Of a stretch of DNA of 64,000 nucleotides, positions 1 to 9,404 are shown in pieces. Origin of the DNA: Gammaproteobacteria bacterium. Lineage in GTDB: Bacteria > Pseudomonadota > Gammaproteobacteria > Legionellales > Legionellaceae. Positions within the stretch are counted from its first letter, which is position 1; each line of letters starts with the position of its first letter. The position numbers and the translations under genes were made by a program. The stretch covers positions 52,702-116,701 of the forward strand of contig JABDAB010000002.1 in the NCBI GenBank assembly GCA_013289415.1, written 5' to 3'. The notes under the pieces were generated by a model, which did no database searches, was not told the DNA's origin, and saw only the letters and a program-made list of their open reading frames with translations.

Positions 1-419
1 ACCCGAGTAATTTGCATGTTGCCACATTCATTGGTGAAGCCAATATTTTTGAAATTAAGGTTCAAAGCCTTTGCACGAAAGAATTGATCACCGAAATCGA
101 ATCAACTACTCTGCACTGTAAAAACACCGGTAATTATAACGTAGGTGATGAGTTGCATTTGATTGTGCGTCCAGAGGATATTCGTGTTTGGAGCGAAACC
201 GAAATTCCTGACACAAAAGGCATGTTGCCCGGCAAAATAGTTGATATTATTTATAAAGGATCAACAGTTGATCTGACTGTCGCGTTGCCCTCAGGGAAAA
301 TCATCAATGCATCTGAATTTTTTGATGAAGATGATGACAAACTGGAATATTTGCCGAATGAGACGGTTTGGGTTCATTGGTTAACCGGCTGGGAAGTATT
401 GCTCCCTCATGAAAACTAA
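1..419 (+). CDS. potA: Spermidine/putrescine ABC transporter ATPase PotA, C-terminal fragment (5' end lies outside the window)
   Basis: The frame is open from nt 3. The translation ...SNLHVATFIGEANIF... resembles the C-terminal regulatory domain of PotA-type ABC ATPases. It overlaps potB by 11 nt at the head of a potBCD cluster. Confidence 0.8.
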   Translation, partial: PSNLHVATFIGEANIFEIKVQSLCTKELITEIESTTLHCKNTGNYNVGDELHLIVRPEDIRVWSETEIPDTKGMLPGKIVDIIYKGSTVDLTVALPSGKIINASEFFDEDDDKLEYLPNETVWVHWLTGWEVLLPHEN

Positions 420-1230
420 GCCTCTGTCCATTTATTTCGTCTATACTTGGCTGTTTTTATTTAGCTTGCTTCCGCTCGCCCTTGTTTTTATAGCCAGTTT
501 TTTATCCAGAGACAGTGCGCATCTCGTATCCCTGCCGTTAACACTCAACAATTACAGCGCTCTGCTGTCGTGGCAGTTTGCCAATGTATTTTTACGTTCG
601 CTGGTGATTGCATTTCTAACTACCGGCACTTGCCTTTTTCTGGCCTATCCATTCAGTTATTTATTAGTCAAATCAAAATATCAATCTGTTTTATTGCTGC
701 TAATCATCATCCCCTTCTGGACCAGCTCATTGGTTCGCACCTACGCCTTGATAGCCATTTTAAAATTAAACGGGATATTAAACGCCATTCTGCTAAAATT
801 GCACCTGATTGATCATCCCCTGTCGTTACTGTATTCAAATTTCGCGGTGATCAGTGGGCTTGTTTATACGCTGTTTCCGTTTATGGTCTTGCCTATTTTT
901 ACCAACATGGAGCGCTTTGATTTCAGGCTAATTGAAGTCGCCAAAGATTTAGGTGCCAGCAAATTATCCATTTTCTTTCGCGTATTCTTACCCAATACTG
1001 CCAGCGGCATTATTTCGGGTTGCTCCCTGGTATTGTTGCCGGCCATGACGCTATTTTATATTCCCAATGTACTAGGTGGTGCTCGCTCCATATTATTAGG
1101 CAACATGATTCAAAATCAGTTTCTGGTTCTGGAGAATTGGCCTCAGGGCTCGGCGACCAGTATTGTGCTAACGGCGACGCTGATTTTGGTATTGTGGTTC
1201 TTACGGCGACAACGTAAGGAGGATATTTGA
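409..1230 (+). CDS. potB: Spermidine/putrescine ABC transporter permease PotB
   Basis: 273-aa polytopic membrane protein with the ABC permease EAA-type loop (IEVAKDLGASKLSIFFRVFLP). It sits between potA and potC with overlapping stop/start codons. Confidence 0.85.
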   Translation: MKTKPLSIYFVYTWLFLFSLLPLALVFIASFLSRDSAHLVSLPLTLNNYSALLSWQFANVFLRSLVIAFLTTGTCLFLAYPFSYLLVKSKYQSVLLLLIIIPFWTSSLVRTYALIAILKLNGILNAILLKLHLIDHPLSLLYSNFAVISGLVYTLFPFMVLPIFTNMERFDFRLIEVAKDLGASKLSIFFRVFLPNTASGIISGCSLVLLPAMTLFYIPNVLGGARSILLGNMIQNQFLVLENWPQGSATSIVLTATLILVLWFLRRQRKEDI

Positions 1231-1997
1231 AATCACTCACACAAAAATGCTACATGCTACTGGTTTATGGATTATTATATTTTCCCATTTTTGTATTGAT
1301 CCTTTATTCCGTAAATAACGCGCGATTTTCATTGCAATGGCATGGATTTTCAATGCACTGGTATCGGGAACTGATGCGTGATCAAGGTCTTTGGTCGGCA
1401 CTGTTCCACTCTATATATTTGGGTCTTACTGCCTCATTGATAGCAACTGTGACGGGATTATTTGCATGCGTATATTTGTTTTTACACCCCAATTACAAAT
1501 ACTACCGCTCATTTTATGCAACATTGTTATTGCTGATTATTATTCCCGATTTGGTTTTAGGCGTTGCACTGTTGATTTTTTTCAATATCACCTCGACCCC
1601 ATTAGGCTTTTTCAGTTTGTTAATCGCACACATTACCTTTTGTATTCCATTTGTGATCCTCACTATCAACAGTCGCATTCACACCTTGGACGTTAATATT
1701 TATGCCAGTGCACTGGATTTGGGTGCTAGTCGATTGACTGCGTTAACAAGGGTATTGTTTCCTTTATTATGGCCAGCGATATCCAGCGCTTTTTTATTAT
1801 GTTTTACACTGTCATTTGATGATGTCATTATCAGCTACTTTGTCGCGGGCCCAGACTTCAATATTTTACCTTTAACCATTTACTCACTCGTTAGAGCGGG
1901 TGTCACGCCTGAATTGAATGCCCTGTGCACAGTGACATTTCTAATCTCCATGGTATTGGTTATCCTGTCCTGGCGTTTATCACGGAAATCCACATGA
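1227..1997 (+). CDS. potC: Spermidine/putrescine ABC transporter permease PotC
   Basis: 256-aa membrane protein with an EAA loop (YASALDLGASRLTALTRVLFPLL). TTG start preceded by AAGGAGG (1216-1222) and overlapping the potB stop. Confidence 0.85.
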   Translation: MKSLTQKCYMLLVYGLLYFPIFVLILYSVNNARFSLQWHGFSMHWYRELMRDQGLWSALFHSIYLGLTASLIATVTGLFACVYLFLHPNYKYYRSFYATLLLLIIIPDLVLGVALLIFFNITSTPLGFFSLLIAHITFCIPFVILTINSRIHTLDVNIYASALDLGASRLTALTRVLFPLLWPAISSAFLLCFTLSFDDVIISYFVAGPDFNILPLTIYSLVRAGVTPELNALCTVTFLISMVLVILSWRLSRKST

Positions 1998-3031
1998 CCT
2001 ATATATATACATGTATCCTGTTTTTTTGCATGCTAATATCCAATACCTTATTAGCCAGCAGCAAGGTTGTGAACGTATATGCCTGGGGTGGAGAAATCCC
2101 CAAAAGCGTGATACAACAATTTGAGCGTGAAACCGGCATCCGTGTTAATTTTTCCACCTACGACAGCAACGAAATCATGTATGCCAAGCTGCGTTCAAGC
2201 CAACAATCCATATATGATGTAATACTGCCATCGGCCTATTTTGTTGAACGCATGCAAAAACAGGGTATGCTAATCAAACTGGATCACAGCAAACTCACTC
2301 ATCTCAACAATCTTGAGCGCCGCTTTACCCAAAACGAGTATGACAAAGGCAATCAATACAGCGTACCCATCATTTGGGGTGCTACCGGCATTTTTTATAA
2401 TCAACATTGGGTTAAAGAACCCCCTCGAACATGGTCAGCACTATGGGATAGTCACTGGCGCAGACAATTGATGTTACTGGATGATCCACGCGAAGTCTTT
2501 GCCATAGCACTCATGAGTTTAAACTACTCACCCAACGACACCGATCCTGCTCACATTCAAACCGCATATCAAAAATTACTGACCCTGATTCCCAATATCA
2601 AGCTTTTTGGCAGCGACGGGATTCAAGCGATTATCATTGATGAAGACGCGATCGCAGGTTCAGCTTGGAATGGCGATGCATTTAAAGCCCATGCGGAAAA
2701 CAGTCAGATAGATTTTGTATACCCGAATGATGGATTTGTCATTTGGATTGATTGTCTAGCCATGCCGGTGAATTCACCACACCCCGATGAGGCTTATCAA
2801 TTTATAAATTACATGCTCAAGCCTGAAACAGCAGCAAAAATTGCCATGATAGAAGGCCATGCGATTACCAATCTTCCCGGAAAAATGTTACTTCCTGCGA
2901 ATATTCGCAATAACACTACGGTTTATCCTACTGATGAAATGATGACACGTGCGCACGTTCAGCGTGATGTGGGGGAAGAGACCATTGCCTTGTATAATAA
3001 ATATTGGCAGGATTTTAAGCTGGCCTTTTAG
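1994..3031 (+). CDS. potD: Spermidine/putrescine ABC transporter periplasmic binding protein PotD
   Basis: The ATG at 1994 overlaps the potC stop (ATGA). It has an N-terminal signal-like segment and a PotD/PotF-like body (VYAWGGEIP..., YSVPIIWGATGI). The longest ORF begins at 1925, but that stretch looks like read-through of potC. Confidence 0.85.
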   Translation: MTYIYTCILFFCMLISNTLLASSKVVNVYAWGGEIPKSVIQQFERETGIRVNFSTYDSNEIMYAKLRSSQQSIYDVILPSAYFVERMQKQGMLIKLDHSKLTHLNNLERRFTQNEYDKGNQYSVPIIWGATGIFYNQHWVKEPPRTWSALWDSHWRRQLMLLDDPREVFAIALMSLNYSPNDTDPAHIQTAYQKLLTLIPNIKLFGSDGIQAIIIDEDAIAGSAWNGDAFKAHAENSQIDFVYPNDGFVIWIDCLAMPVNSPHPDEAYQFINYMLKPETAAKIAMIEGHAITNLPGKMLLPANIRNNTTVYPTDEMMTRAHVQRDVGEETIALYNKYWQDFKLAF

Positions 3032-3040
3032 GGAACTTCC

Positions 3041-3448
3041 ATGAACACTTCAATAGACCCCCGAATCACCTCAACCTGTTTTACCCTAGCCGACTGGCCT
3101 CTATCCCGCGTTTTTCTGAAAAATAACGCCAATTATCCCTGGTTTATTCTAGTCCCTCGACAAGACAACATTCAGGACATCGATCAGTTACCCCAAGCCT
3201 TACAACACACCCTGATAGATGAAATCAGCCGACTATCATCCATCGTCAAAGCTCATTTTCAACCCGATAAATTAAACGTAGGAACACTGGGTAACATGGT
3301 TCCCCAATTACACATCCACGTAATCGCACGCTTTACTCATGATATGCTCTGGCCACATGGTATTTGGCAAGCCTCACAAACCACAACACCCTATCAAGAA
3401 GATAAAATCCACGAACTAATTGAACTGCTTCGCTTTGCCTGCTTATAG
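3041..3448 (+). CDS. HIT (histidine triad) family nucleotide hydrolase
   Basis: 135 aa with the histidine-triad motif PQLHIHVIAR. Confidence 0.85.
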   Translation: MNTSIDPRITSTCFTLADWPLSRVFLKNNANYPWFILVPRQDNIQDIDQLPQALQHTLIDEISRLSSIVKAHFQPDKLNVGTLGNMVPQLHIHVIARFTHDMLWPHGIWQASQTTTPYQEDKIHELIELLRFACL

Positions 3449-3495
3449 ACTGTAAACTGCGGAATCGAGTGTAAAACAATAATTTTGACTTAATG

Positions 3496-3524
3496 TTGAC
3501 ACCAGTGATCAACATAAGTACAAT
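3496..3524 (+). promoter_or_regulatory. Sigma70-type promoter candidate for the tandem paralogue genes
   Basis: TTGACA (3496-3501), a 17-nt spacer, then TACAAT (3519-3524). GGAG at 3539-3542 and the ATG at 3550 follow. Confidence 0.45.
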
Positions 3525-3549
3525 GAGTTTTTTTAACTGGAGAACATAG

Positions 3550-4149
3550 ATGTCTGATTTTATAAAAAAAACGATCGCACAGATTGACGAAAACGACTGC
3601 AGTCATTTGCAAACTTTATCTAATAATGATGGTATTGCAACCAACTGGGCTCTTTACCACAGCAAAACAAACCCCGGTTTCTTTACGTCTTTTAATCAAA
3701 AAGTGTCAGTTACAGACGATTTGGGTGAAGAAGTTGAAGTTCAAGAAACCCCCTTCGGAATGCAACAGGCTGCTATTGCCATAGGCCTCTTGCCTGCTCT
3801 GCAACTTCAAACTGCTTTAGTAGCAGCCATCTCAGTGCCTGGCATGTTGTTATTCGCTGTAAGTGCCACCTTTGCAGGTGATTGGAAGGCAGCCTCCGGC
3901 GTGGGTATGGGGGCATTAGCATTTACTACCCAAGCGGTATATTTTTCTGGTGCCTTCGTTTTAAACCTTCTTAAAGAAGTCACTGCATTCATTACTCGTT
4001 CAATTGCAACACTGGTAGACATGTGTCACGGTGCAGCTGGCAATGTCAATGCGAATTCCCCCATAAAAAATGTATTACCTGATGCTGAACATGGCACAGA
4101 CACACCAGTACCCGCAGAAATCCGTGGTTCTTACAACTTGCGCGCATAA
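3550..4149 (+). CDS. Hypothetical membrane protein, paralogue 1 (two adjacent hydrophobic segments; effector-like)
   Basis: 199-aa ORF with a good promoter and RBS. It shares N-terminal, hydrophobic and FSGAF(V/I)LNLLKE(V/I)TA(F/L)ITRSIATLVDMC blocks with the next ORF. Confidence 0.7.
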   Translation: MSDFIKKTIAQIDENDCSHLQTLSNNDGIATNWALYHSKTNPGFFTSFNQKVSVTDDLGEEVEVQETPFGMQQAAIAIGLLPALQLQTALVAAISVPGMLLFAVSATFAGDWKAASGVGMGALAFTTQAVYFSGAFVLNLLKEVTAFITRSIATLVDMCHGAAGNVNANSPIKNVLPDAEHGTDTPVPAEIRGSYNLRA

Positions 4150-4172
4150 TCTGTAAGTTCAATGCTCTGCTC

Positions 4173-4196
4173 GAGGAACATCACCTGGTGTTCCTC
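4173..4196 (+). terminator. Weak hairpin after paralogue 1
   Basis: GAGGAACA-N8-TGTTCCTC followed by an AT-rich tail with no clear T-run. Confidence 0.25.
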
Positions 4197-4257
4197 ATAT
4201 TTACACCCTATCAAAACGAGAAGAGTCACCCTTTACTTAAATAACTGGAGATAATCT

Positions 4258-4923
4258 ATGATTGAATTTATTAATGATTCCATTAAACAGCTTCAAAAAG
4301 AAGAAAAAACCCAATTGAAATGTCTATCACGCAGTGGTGGCCTTTCGACTGACTGGGCTCTTAACCAAAGCTCTAGCAACCCTGGTTTTTTTACTCCTTT
4401 TAATAAAAAAATGGGAATAAAACAGGCCGTAATAGCCACAGGACTCTTGCCTGCCCTGAAACTTCAAGCTGCATTAAGCACGATGTTGTTAATTCCTACT
4501 CATCTTTTTGCATCTATAGTTGATTTGATTAATGGCCGCTGGGAAAATGCCTGTGACAATGCCTTATCAGGACTAGTAAAACTCCCGACCGCAGCAATAT
4601 ATTTTTCTGGTGCTTTCATTTTAAATCTTCTTAAAGAAATCACAGCACTCATTACTCGTTCTATTGCTACACTGGTAGATATGTGCAGGGGTTCTAACAA
4701 GGAACCAATTGAGTTTGCTGGGTATTTGAAGGATGAATCTAGACCGCACATCCATGCTAGCTTCAATAAAAATGAAGCTTTTGAGGCTTTTGACGCTTTT
4801 CACACTTCTGAAGCTTTTGTATCTTTGAAAGCTGCTTTTGAAGCCAATGATCGTGATTTCTATGATGCAGAGGATCTTATTCCGACACCACGTTATAATC
4901 CTGCCAGTCCGTTTGGAATTTAG
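4258..4923 (+). CDS. Hypothetical membrane protein, paralogue 2 (C-terminal (E/D)AF repeats)
   Basis: 221-aa ORF with the same RBS context (AACTGGAGA) and conserved blocks as 3550-4149. It lacks the acidic linker of paralogue 1 and has a distinct tail (EAFEAFDAFHTSEAF...AAFEA). Confidence 0.7.
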   Translation: MIEFINDSIKQLQKEEKTQLKCLSRSGGLSTDWALNQSSSNPGFFTPFNKKMGIKQAVIATGLLPALKLQAALSTMLLIPTHLFASIVDLINGRWENACDNALSGLVKLPTAAIYFSGAFILNLLKEITALITRSIATLVDMCRGSNKEPIEFAGYLKDESRPHIHASFNKNEAFEAFDAFHTSEAFVSLKAAFEANDRDFYDAEDLIPTPRYNPASPFGI

Positions 4924-4981
4924 TTGGAATGACCCTCCACAAGGAACATCTCCCGATGATGCATGGTTATACTCAACCCCT

Positions 4982-5062
4982 CTAGTCGCTCCGTAGCAAA
5001 GAACGGCCATATTTGGACAAACCACATGCGTGTTTTTGCATGTGGCTTTGTCCAAACTCCAA
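4982..5062. repeat. Composite repeat: family-B fragment (reverse orientation) fused to family-A palindrome, copy 1
   Basis: 4982-5016 is the reverse complement of CCAAATATGGCCGTTCCTTGCTACGGAGCGAGTAG, which also occurs at 28010-28044 and 57349-57383. 5011-5062 (ATTTGGACAAACCACATGCGTGTTTTTGCATGTGGCTTTGTCCAAACTCCAA) recurs at 33241-33292 and 61992-62043. Confidence 0.75.
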
Positions 5063-5152
5063 TTGTAATATTGCACCACTCGGTTTTTTTAAATTTATGA
5101 CCTTTCAGTCTTGACATTTATCACATAAAAAGCCAAAATCACGCCTTCTTTT

Positions 5153-5229
5153 GGCTATGTAGCTCAGTTGGTTAGAGCGCGGCACTCATAATGCTGAGGT
5201 CGGTAGTTCGAGTCTACCCATAGCCACCA
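5153..5229 (+). tRNA. tRNA-Met (CAT), elongator type
   Basis: 77-nt cloverleaf GGCTATGTAGCTCAGTTGGTTAGAGC...CTCATAA...GGTAGTTCGAGTCTACCCATAGCCACCA. The acceptor and D arms closely resemble E. coli metT. The initiator hallmarks are absent. Confidence 0.9.
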
Positions 5230-5325
5230 TACAAACAAGTCAGTTACAAAATAAAAAAAAACACTATTGCATCTCACCAAATTTGGTTATCATGTCGCAA
5301 GTAATGATTCTTTGTTGGTTGTTTA

Positions 5326-7383
5326 ATGCAAATTGCTGCGCTTTATATTTTATTATTGTTATGTTCATTGATACTGCATGCAGAGGATGCTCCTCAACCT
5401 GCATCGCCGCCCGATGTCGCGACTTCACCACCTCCAGCTCCTAAAATATGGAATTTAAGAGATGCCGATATTCGCGCCGTGATTGCGGAAATTTCGCGAA
5501 TAACAGGCAAAAATTTTCTGATAGATCCCAGAGTTCAGGGAAAAATATCCATTATTTCAAGCTCTCCTTTGTCTGACAAAGAACTGTATCAGGTTTTTTT
5601 ATCCATGCTACAAGTCTCAGGCTTTAGCGCTATTCCAAACGACAAGGTTATTAAAATTGTTCCCAACATTGATGCACGAACACTATCACCCGATGTATCT
5701 GGCATAAAAACGCCTCCCCACGGCGATGACATGCTGGTGCAAGTCATTCCAGTGAAGTACACACCCGCTGAACAACTCGTACCCGTTTTACGCCCATTGA
5801 TGCCACAATGGAGTAGTGTTGCAGCTTTTGCACCCTCCAACATGCTAATTTTATCCGGACGCGCCAATAATATTAAACAGTTAGCAGATATCATTAACCA
5901 AGTTGATAACTCATCTGGAAATGGCGTGGATATGGTGCCACTCAAATATGCCTTGGCGATGGATGTAGCTAGCACCTTGAAAGAGCTGGTTAAAACAGCA
6001 GGGGGAGCTCAAAACCAAACGATGATGGCCGTGGATGATCGCAGTAACTCTATTCTACTCAGTGGCAACAAAACTGAACGCCTTCGACTTCGTTTATTAA
6101 TTGCTCGTCTTGATAAGACCAATTCAACTACCATGAACGGCAATACACAAGTCATTTATCTGAACTATTTACGTGCAGAAGATTTAGTACCTATTCTAGC
6201 CGGCATTGCTCAGGCAAATTTCAGCGGGACTGTGGGCACGACCATTGGTACCGTGACCATACCTGCTCTCGATAGCACAAATCCTGCCGCAAGCCTCGTT
6301 CCTGACTCATCGACCGGTGGGCAACCAGCCAACACCTCGGTGAATCCTGCCGCAACCCCCAACACGACTGGTGTTGCCGGGCAAAGTGAAAGTGGCACCA
6401 AACCAACCGTACAGATTATTGCCGAACCTAATACAAACTCCATTATTATCAATGCACCAGTCACGCTGATTCGCACGTTGAAATCAGTCATCAATCAACT
6501 GGACATCAAACCCGCTCAATTATTAATTGAAGCGCTGGTCGCAGAAATAAACGAAACTGATTTTAATAGCTTGGGCGTTGAGTGGGGCAGTCTTGATGAA
6601 ACCACCCGAGCTGCTGAGAGCTTCAGACCCGGCTTTGCTATTATTAATTCCAAATCAAACATTAAAAACTTCCAAGCCCAGGTTTATGCGCTAGCTCGAG
6701 CTCATAAAGCCAATATTCTGTCGACACCATCCGTTGTGGTGCTTGACAATCGACAAGCTAAAATTCTGATTGGCAAACAGGTGTCTATTGCCAATTCAAC
6801 CTACCCAAACAACGCCAACGGAACAGCGCCCAGCGGCAGTCCTTTTACCACATTTAACCGCGTAAATGTGGCACTACATTTATATATCCGCCCCCAAATC
6901 ACGCGTGGCCAAGGCATTGAAATGCAAATAGACCAAGGCAACGACACACTTGAACCATCTGATGCCGTTAACGGTACAACACCTACATTTAACATCAGTG
7001 CGATCGTGACCTCCGTGCATGTTGAAAGCGGCGACATCATTGTTTTAGGGGGATTAACACAAGATCAAGTGGGTAATAACAGCAATTACCTGCCCATTTT
7101 AGGTGATATTCCTGGTGTTGGCCGCCTGTTTCAACGCAACAGCGTCAGCCATGAAAAGAAAGTATTAATGGTATTTATTCGTCCGCATATATTACGAAGC
7201 GAGCATGATGTCGTACAAATGACGGGTGGAAAATACAATCATATGCGTCAGGATCAGCTTGATATTGCGCATATGCAAGAACAATATCTACCCACCATTA
7301 ACAGAACCGTTGCTCCTCCATTACATCAATCGGCTTTGCCGAAACCATTTTGTCATACGGCGAAAACTGTGGCTACAAAATGA
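5326..7383 (+). CDS. gspD: Type II secretion system secretin GspD (LspD-like)
   Basis: 685 aa with a signal peptide, repeated N-domains (KIVP..., ILLSGNKTERLRL) and a C-terminal secretin domain (ANILSTPSVVVLDNRQAKILIGKQV..., VLGGL...IPILGDIPGVGRLF). Directly followed by gspE. Confidence 0.9.
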   Translation: MQIAALYILLLLCSLILHAEDAPQPASPPDVATSPPPAPKIWNLRDADIRAVIAEISRITGKNFLIDPRVQGKISIISSSPLSDKELYQVFLSMLQVSGFSAIPNDKVIKIVPNIDARTLSPDVSGIKTPPHGDDMLVQVIPVKYTPAEQLVPVLRPLMPQWSSVAAFAPSNMLILSGRANNIKQLADIINQVDNSSGNGVDMVPLKYALAMDVASTLKELVKTAGGAQNQTMMAVDDRSNSILLSGNKTERLRLRLLIARLDKTNSTTMNGNTQVIYLNYLRAEDLVPILAGIAQANFSGTVGTTIGTVTIPALDSTNPAASLVPDSSTGGQPANTSVNPAATPNTTGVAGQSESGTKPTVQIIAEPNTNSIIINAPVTLIRTLKSVINQLDIKPAQLLIEALVAEINETDFNSLGVEWGSLDETTRAAESFRPGFAIINSKSNIKNFQAQVYALARAHKANILSTPSVVVLDNRQAKILIGKQVSIANSTYPNNANGTAPSGSPFTTFNRVNVALHLYIRPQITRGQGIEMQIDQGNDTLEPSDAVNGTTPTFNISAIVTSVHVESGDIIVLGGLTQDQVGNNSNYLPILGDIPGVGRLFQRNSVSHEKKVLMVFIRPHILRSEHDVVQMTGGKYNHMRQDQLDIAHMQEQYLPTINRTVAPPLHQSALPKPFCHTAKTVATK

Positions 7384-8864
7384 AAGATTCAAGCTTAAAA
7401 CAATTACCCTACTTTTTTGCTAAAAAGCAGGGTGTAGTTGCAGTTGGGCTGGAACCAGATGGAACCGTATTAATTTGCCACCTACCTCGTACACCCTTGC
7501 AAGTTTTTGCAGAGATCAAACGATTGCAACAACGCGAATTGCGATTACGGGAAGTGAGCCCGGCGGAATTTCAACAGCAATTAACTCTCGTGTACCAATC
7601 TCAATCGTCCATTCTGGATGCTACAGAAGGAATGGAGGACAATCTTGACCTTATGCAACTGGCTGGACAATTACCGACGAGTGAGGATTTGCTGGACAAT
7701 CAAGACGATGCCCCGATTATACGATTACTCAACGCCCTATTTACTCAAGCCATCAAACAAAAAGCGTCAGATATACACATCGAAACGTATGAAAATCGTG
7801 TGTTGGTGCGTAACCGCGTGGATGGAGTATTGCAAGAAATACTTGAGATCCAGCGAGGTATCGCTCCGTTGGTCATTTCACGCGTAAAAGTCATGGCCAA
7901 ACTGGATATCGCTGAAAAACGGATCCCTCAAGATGGGCGTATTATGCTGCGCATTGGCGGACATAATATTGATGTCCGTGTGTCCACCCTGCCCTCAAAT
8001 CATGGCGAACGTATTGTGTTACGCATTTTGGATCAGCAGGCAGCTCAACTGAATTTGGGGTTATTGGGCATGCCTGACGATGCTCTTCAGATCATTCGTC
8101 AAATGATTGCTCAACCACACGGGATTTTATTAGTGACAGGCCCCACTGGTTCAGGAAAAACGACCTCACTGTATGCGATGCTGAGTGAACTTAACCAGGT
8201 CAGTAGAAATATTTTAACTATTGAAGATCCCATTGAATATGATCTCCCAGGAATTGGTCAAACCCAAGTCAACTCCAAAGTACAAATGACATTTGCCAAA
8301 GGATTACGTGCCATTTTACGTCAGGATCCTGATGTAGTTATGATTGGTGAAATCAGAGATCTGGAAACTGCCGAAATCGCCGTTCAAGCCAGTTTGACGG
8401 GGCATTTGGTTCTGTCAACGCTGCATACTAACAGTGCACTGGGAGCATTAACCCGTTTGCATGACATGGGTGTTGAATCATTTTTATTATCATCAAGTAT
8501 TGTGGGCCTGATAGCACAACGCTTGGTAAGAAAACTGTGCAAGCATTGCAAAACAATACATACACTTCGTCAGGATGAACGTGAGCTCATGAATCTCGAA
8601 CCCCATGCCGATGTATCCAATGTATATGAACCCAAAGGTTGCGATGAATGCAATCATTTAGGCTATCGAGGTCGTACTGGTATTTACGAATTAATCAGCA
8701 TGGATGAAACACTTCGTAGCATGATTCACCGTAATGACAGCATACAAAGCATGGAAGCCTGGGTGCGAAAATTCACACCCAGCATTCGCACAGATGGGTT
8801 TAAACGAGTATTACTGGGAGATACATCGCTGGCGGAGATCCTGCGGGTAACCAGTCAATATTAG
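7380..8864 (+). CDS. gspE: Type II secretion system ATPase GspE (LspE-like)
   Basis: Walker A GPTGSGKTT, Asp/His boxes and the CxxC...CxxC zinc motif (CKHCK...CDECN). The ATG at 7380 overlaps the gspD stop (ATGA). The longest ORF starts at 7350. Confidence 0.9.
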   Translation: MKDSSLKQLPYFFAKKQGVVAVGLEPDGTVLICHLPRTPLQVFAEIKRLQQRELRLREVSPAEFQQQLTLVYQSQSSILDATEGMEDNLDLMQLAGQLPTSEDLLDNQDDAPIIRLLNALFTQAIKQKASDIHIETYENRVLVRNRVDGVLQEILEIQRGIAPLVISRVKVMAKLDIAEKRIPQDGRIMLRIGGHNIDVRVSTLPSNHGERIVLRILDQQAAQLNLGLLGMPDDALQIIRQMIAQPHGILLVTGPTGSGKTTSLYAMLSELNQVSRNILTIEDPIEYDLPGIGQTQVNSKVQMTFAKGLRAILRQDPDVVMIGEIRDLETAEIAVQASLTGHLVLSTLHTNSALGALTRLHDMGVESFLLSSSIVGLIAQRLVRKLCKHCKTIHTLRQDERELMNLEPHADVSNVYEPKGCDECNHLGYRGRTGIYELISMDETLRSMIHRNDSIQSMEAWVRKFTPSIRTDGFKRVLLGDTSLAEILRVTSQY

Positions 8865-8870
8865 AACGCG

Positions 8871-9323
8871 CTACCCATGCATCAATTGCTCAATATATCG
8901 CCTACAGGTGAGAGGCTTACTCAGATAATCAATAACCTGTCGTGATCCCCCTGTTCCGGTAATCACAAGAGAGCCATAATCCAGAAAACTACCGATTATC
9001 GACTGACGGATATCAATGCATTCAATTTTACTTAACGGAATATCAATGGTTTGACGCATCAAAATTCCGGTGCATAATATGACCTGTTTATTTTTAATAA
9101 TCAAATAAGAAGACAGGTAAGTCAGTCCGGTAACCACCAGCCACAACAACGAACATAAGCCAAAAATGTAGGATGGAACATGCAGCTGAGGGAATGCAAT
9201 GGCTACATAAACTGTAACGCACAACAATAATGCTGGCCATAAAAACAGAATTAAGTGAAGATGAGCCTGATATACAATATTATTTTCATTATTCAATGAT
9301 TCTGGTGAGTTTATTTCGGCCAT
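8871..9323 (-). CDS. Membrane protein with a bacterial PH (bPH_2/YdbS-like) domain
   Basis: 150 aa with two TM helices followed by ...IIKNKQVILCTGILMRQTIDIPLSKIECIDIRQSIIGSFLDYGSLVITG..., typical of bPH_2 proteins. Confidence 0.65.
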   Translation of the reverse strand: MAEINSPESLNNENNIVYQAHLHLILFLWPALLLCVTVYVAIAFPQLHVPSYIFGLCSLLWLVVTGLTYLSSYLIIKNKQVILCTGILMRQTIDIPLSKIECIDIRQSIIGSFLDYGSLVITGTGGSRQVIDYLSKPLTCRRYIEQLMHG

Positions 9324-9404
9324 GGGTCAATCCAGTAAGAGTTATAATGATATAATAAACCAATAGTCAGGAATGTGGAACTGAATAATAAACGAGAATA
9401 TAAC

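Noticed and set aside
4621-5079. 152-aa minus-strand ORF
   Set aside because: It is antisense to the well-supported paralogue-2 CDS and runs through the family-A/B repeat junction. It has no RBS or family resemblance.
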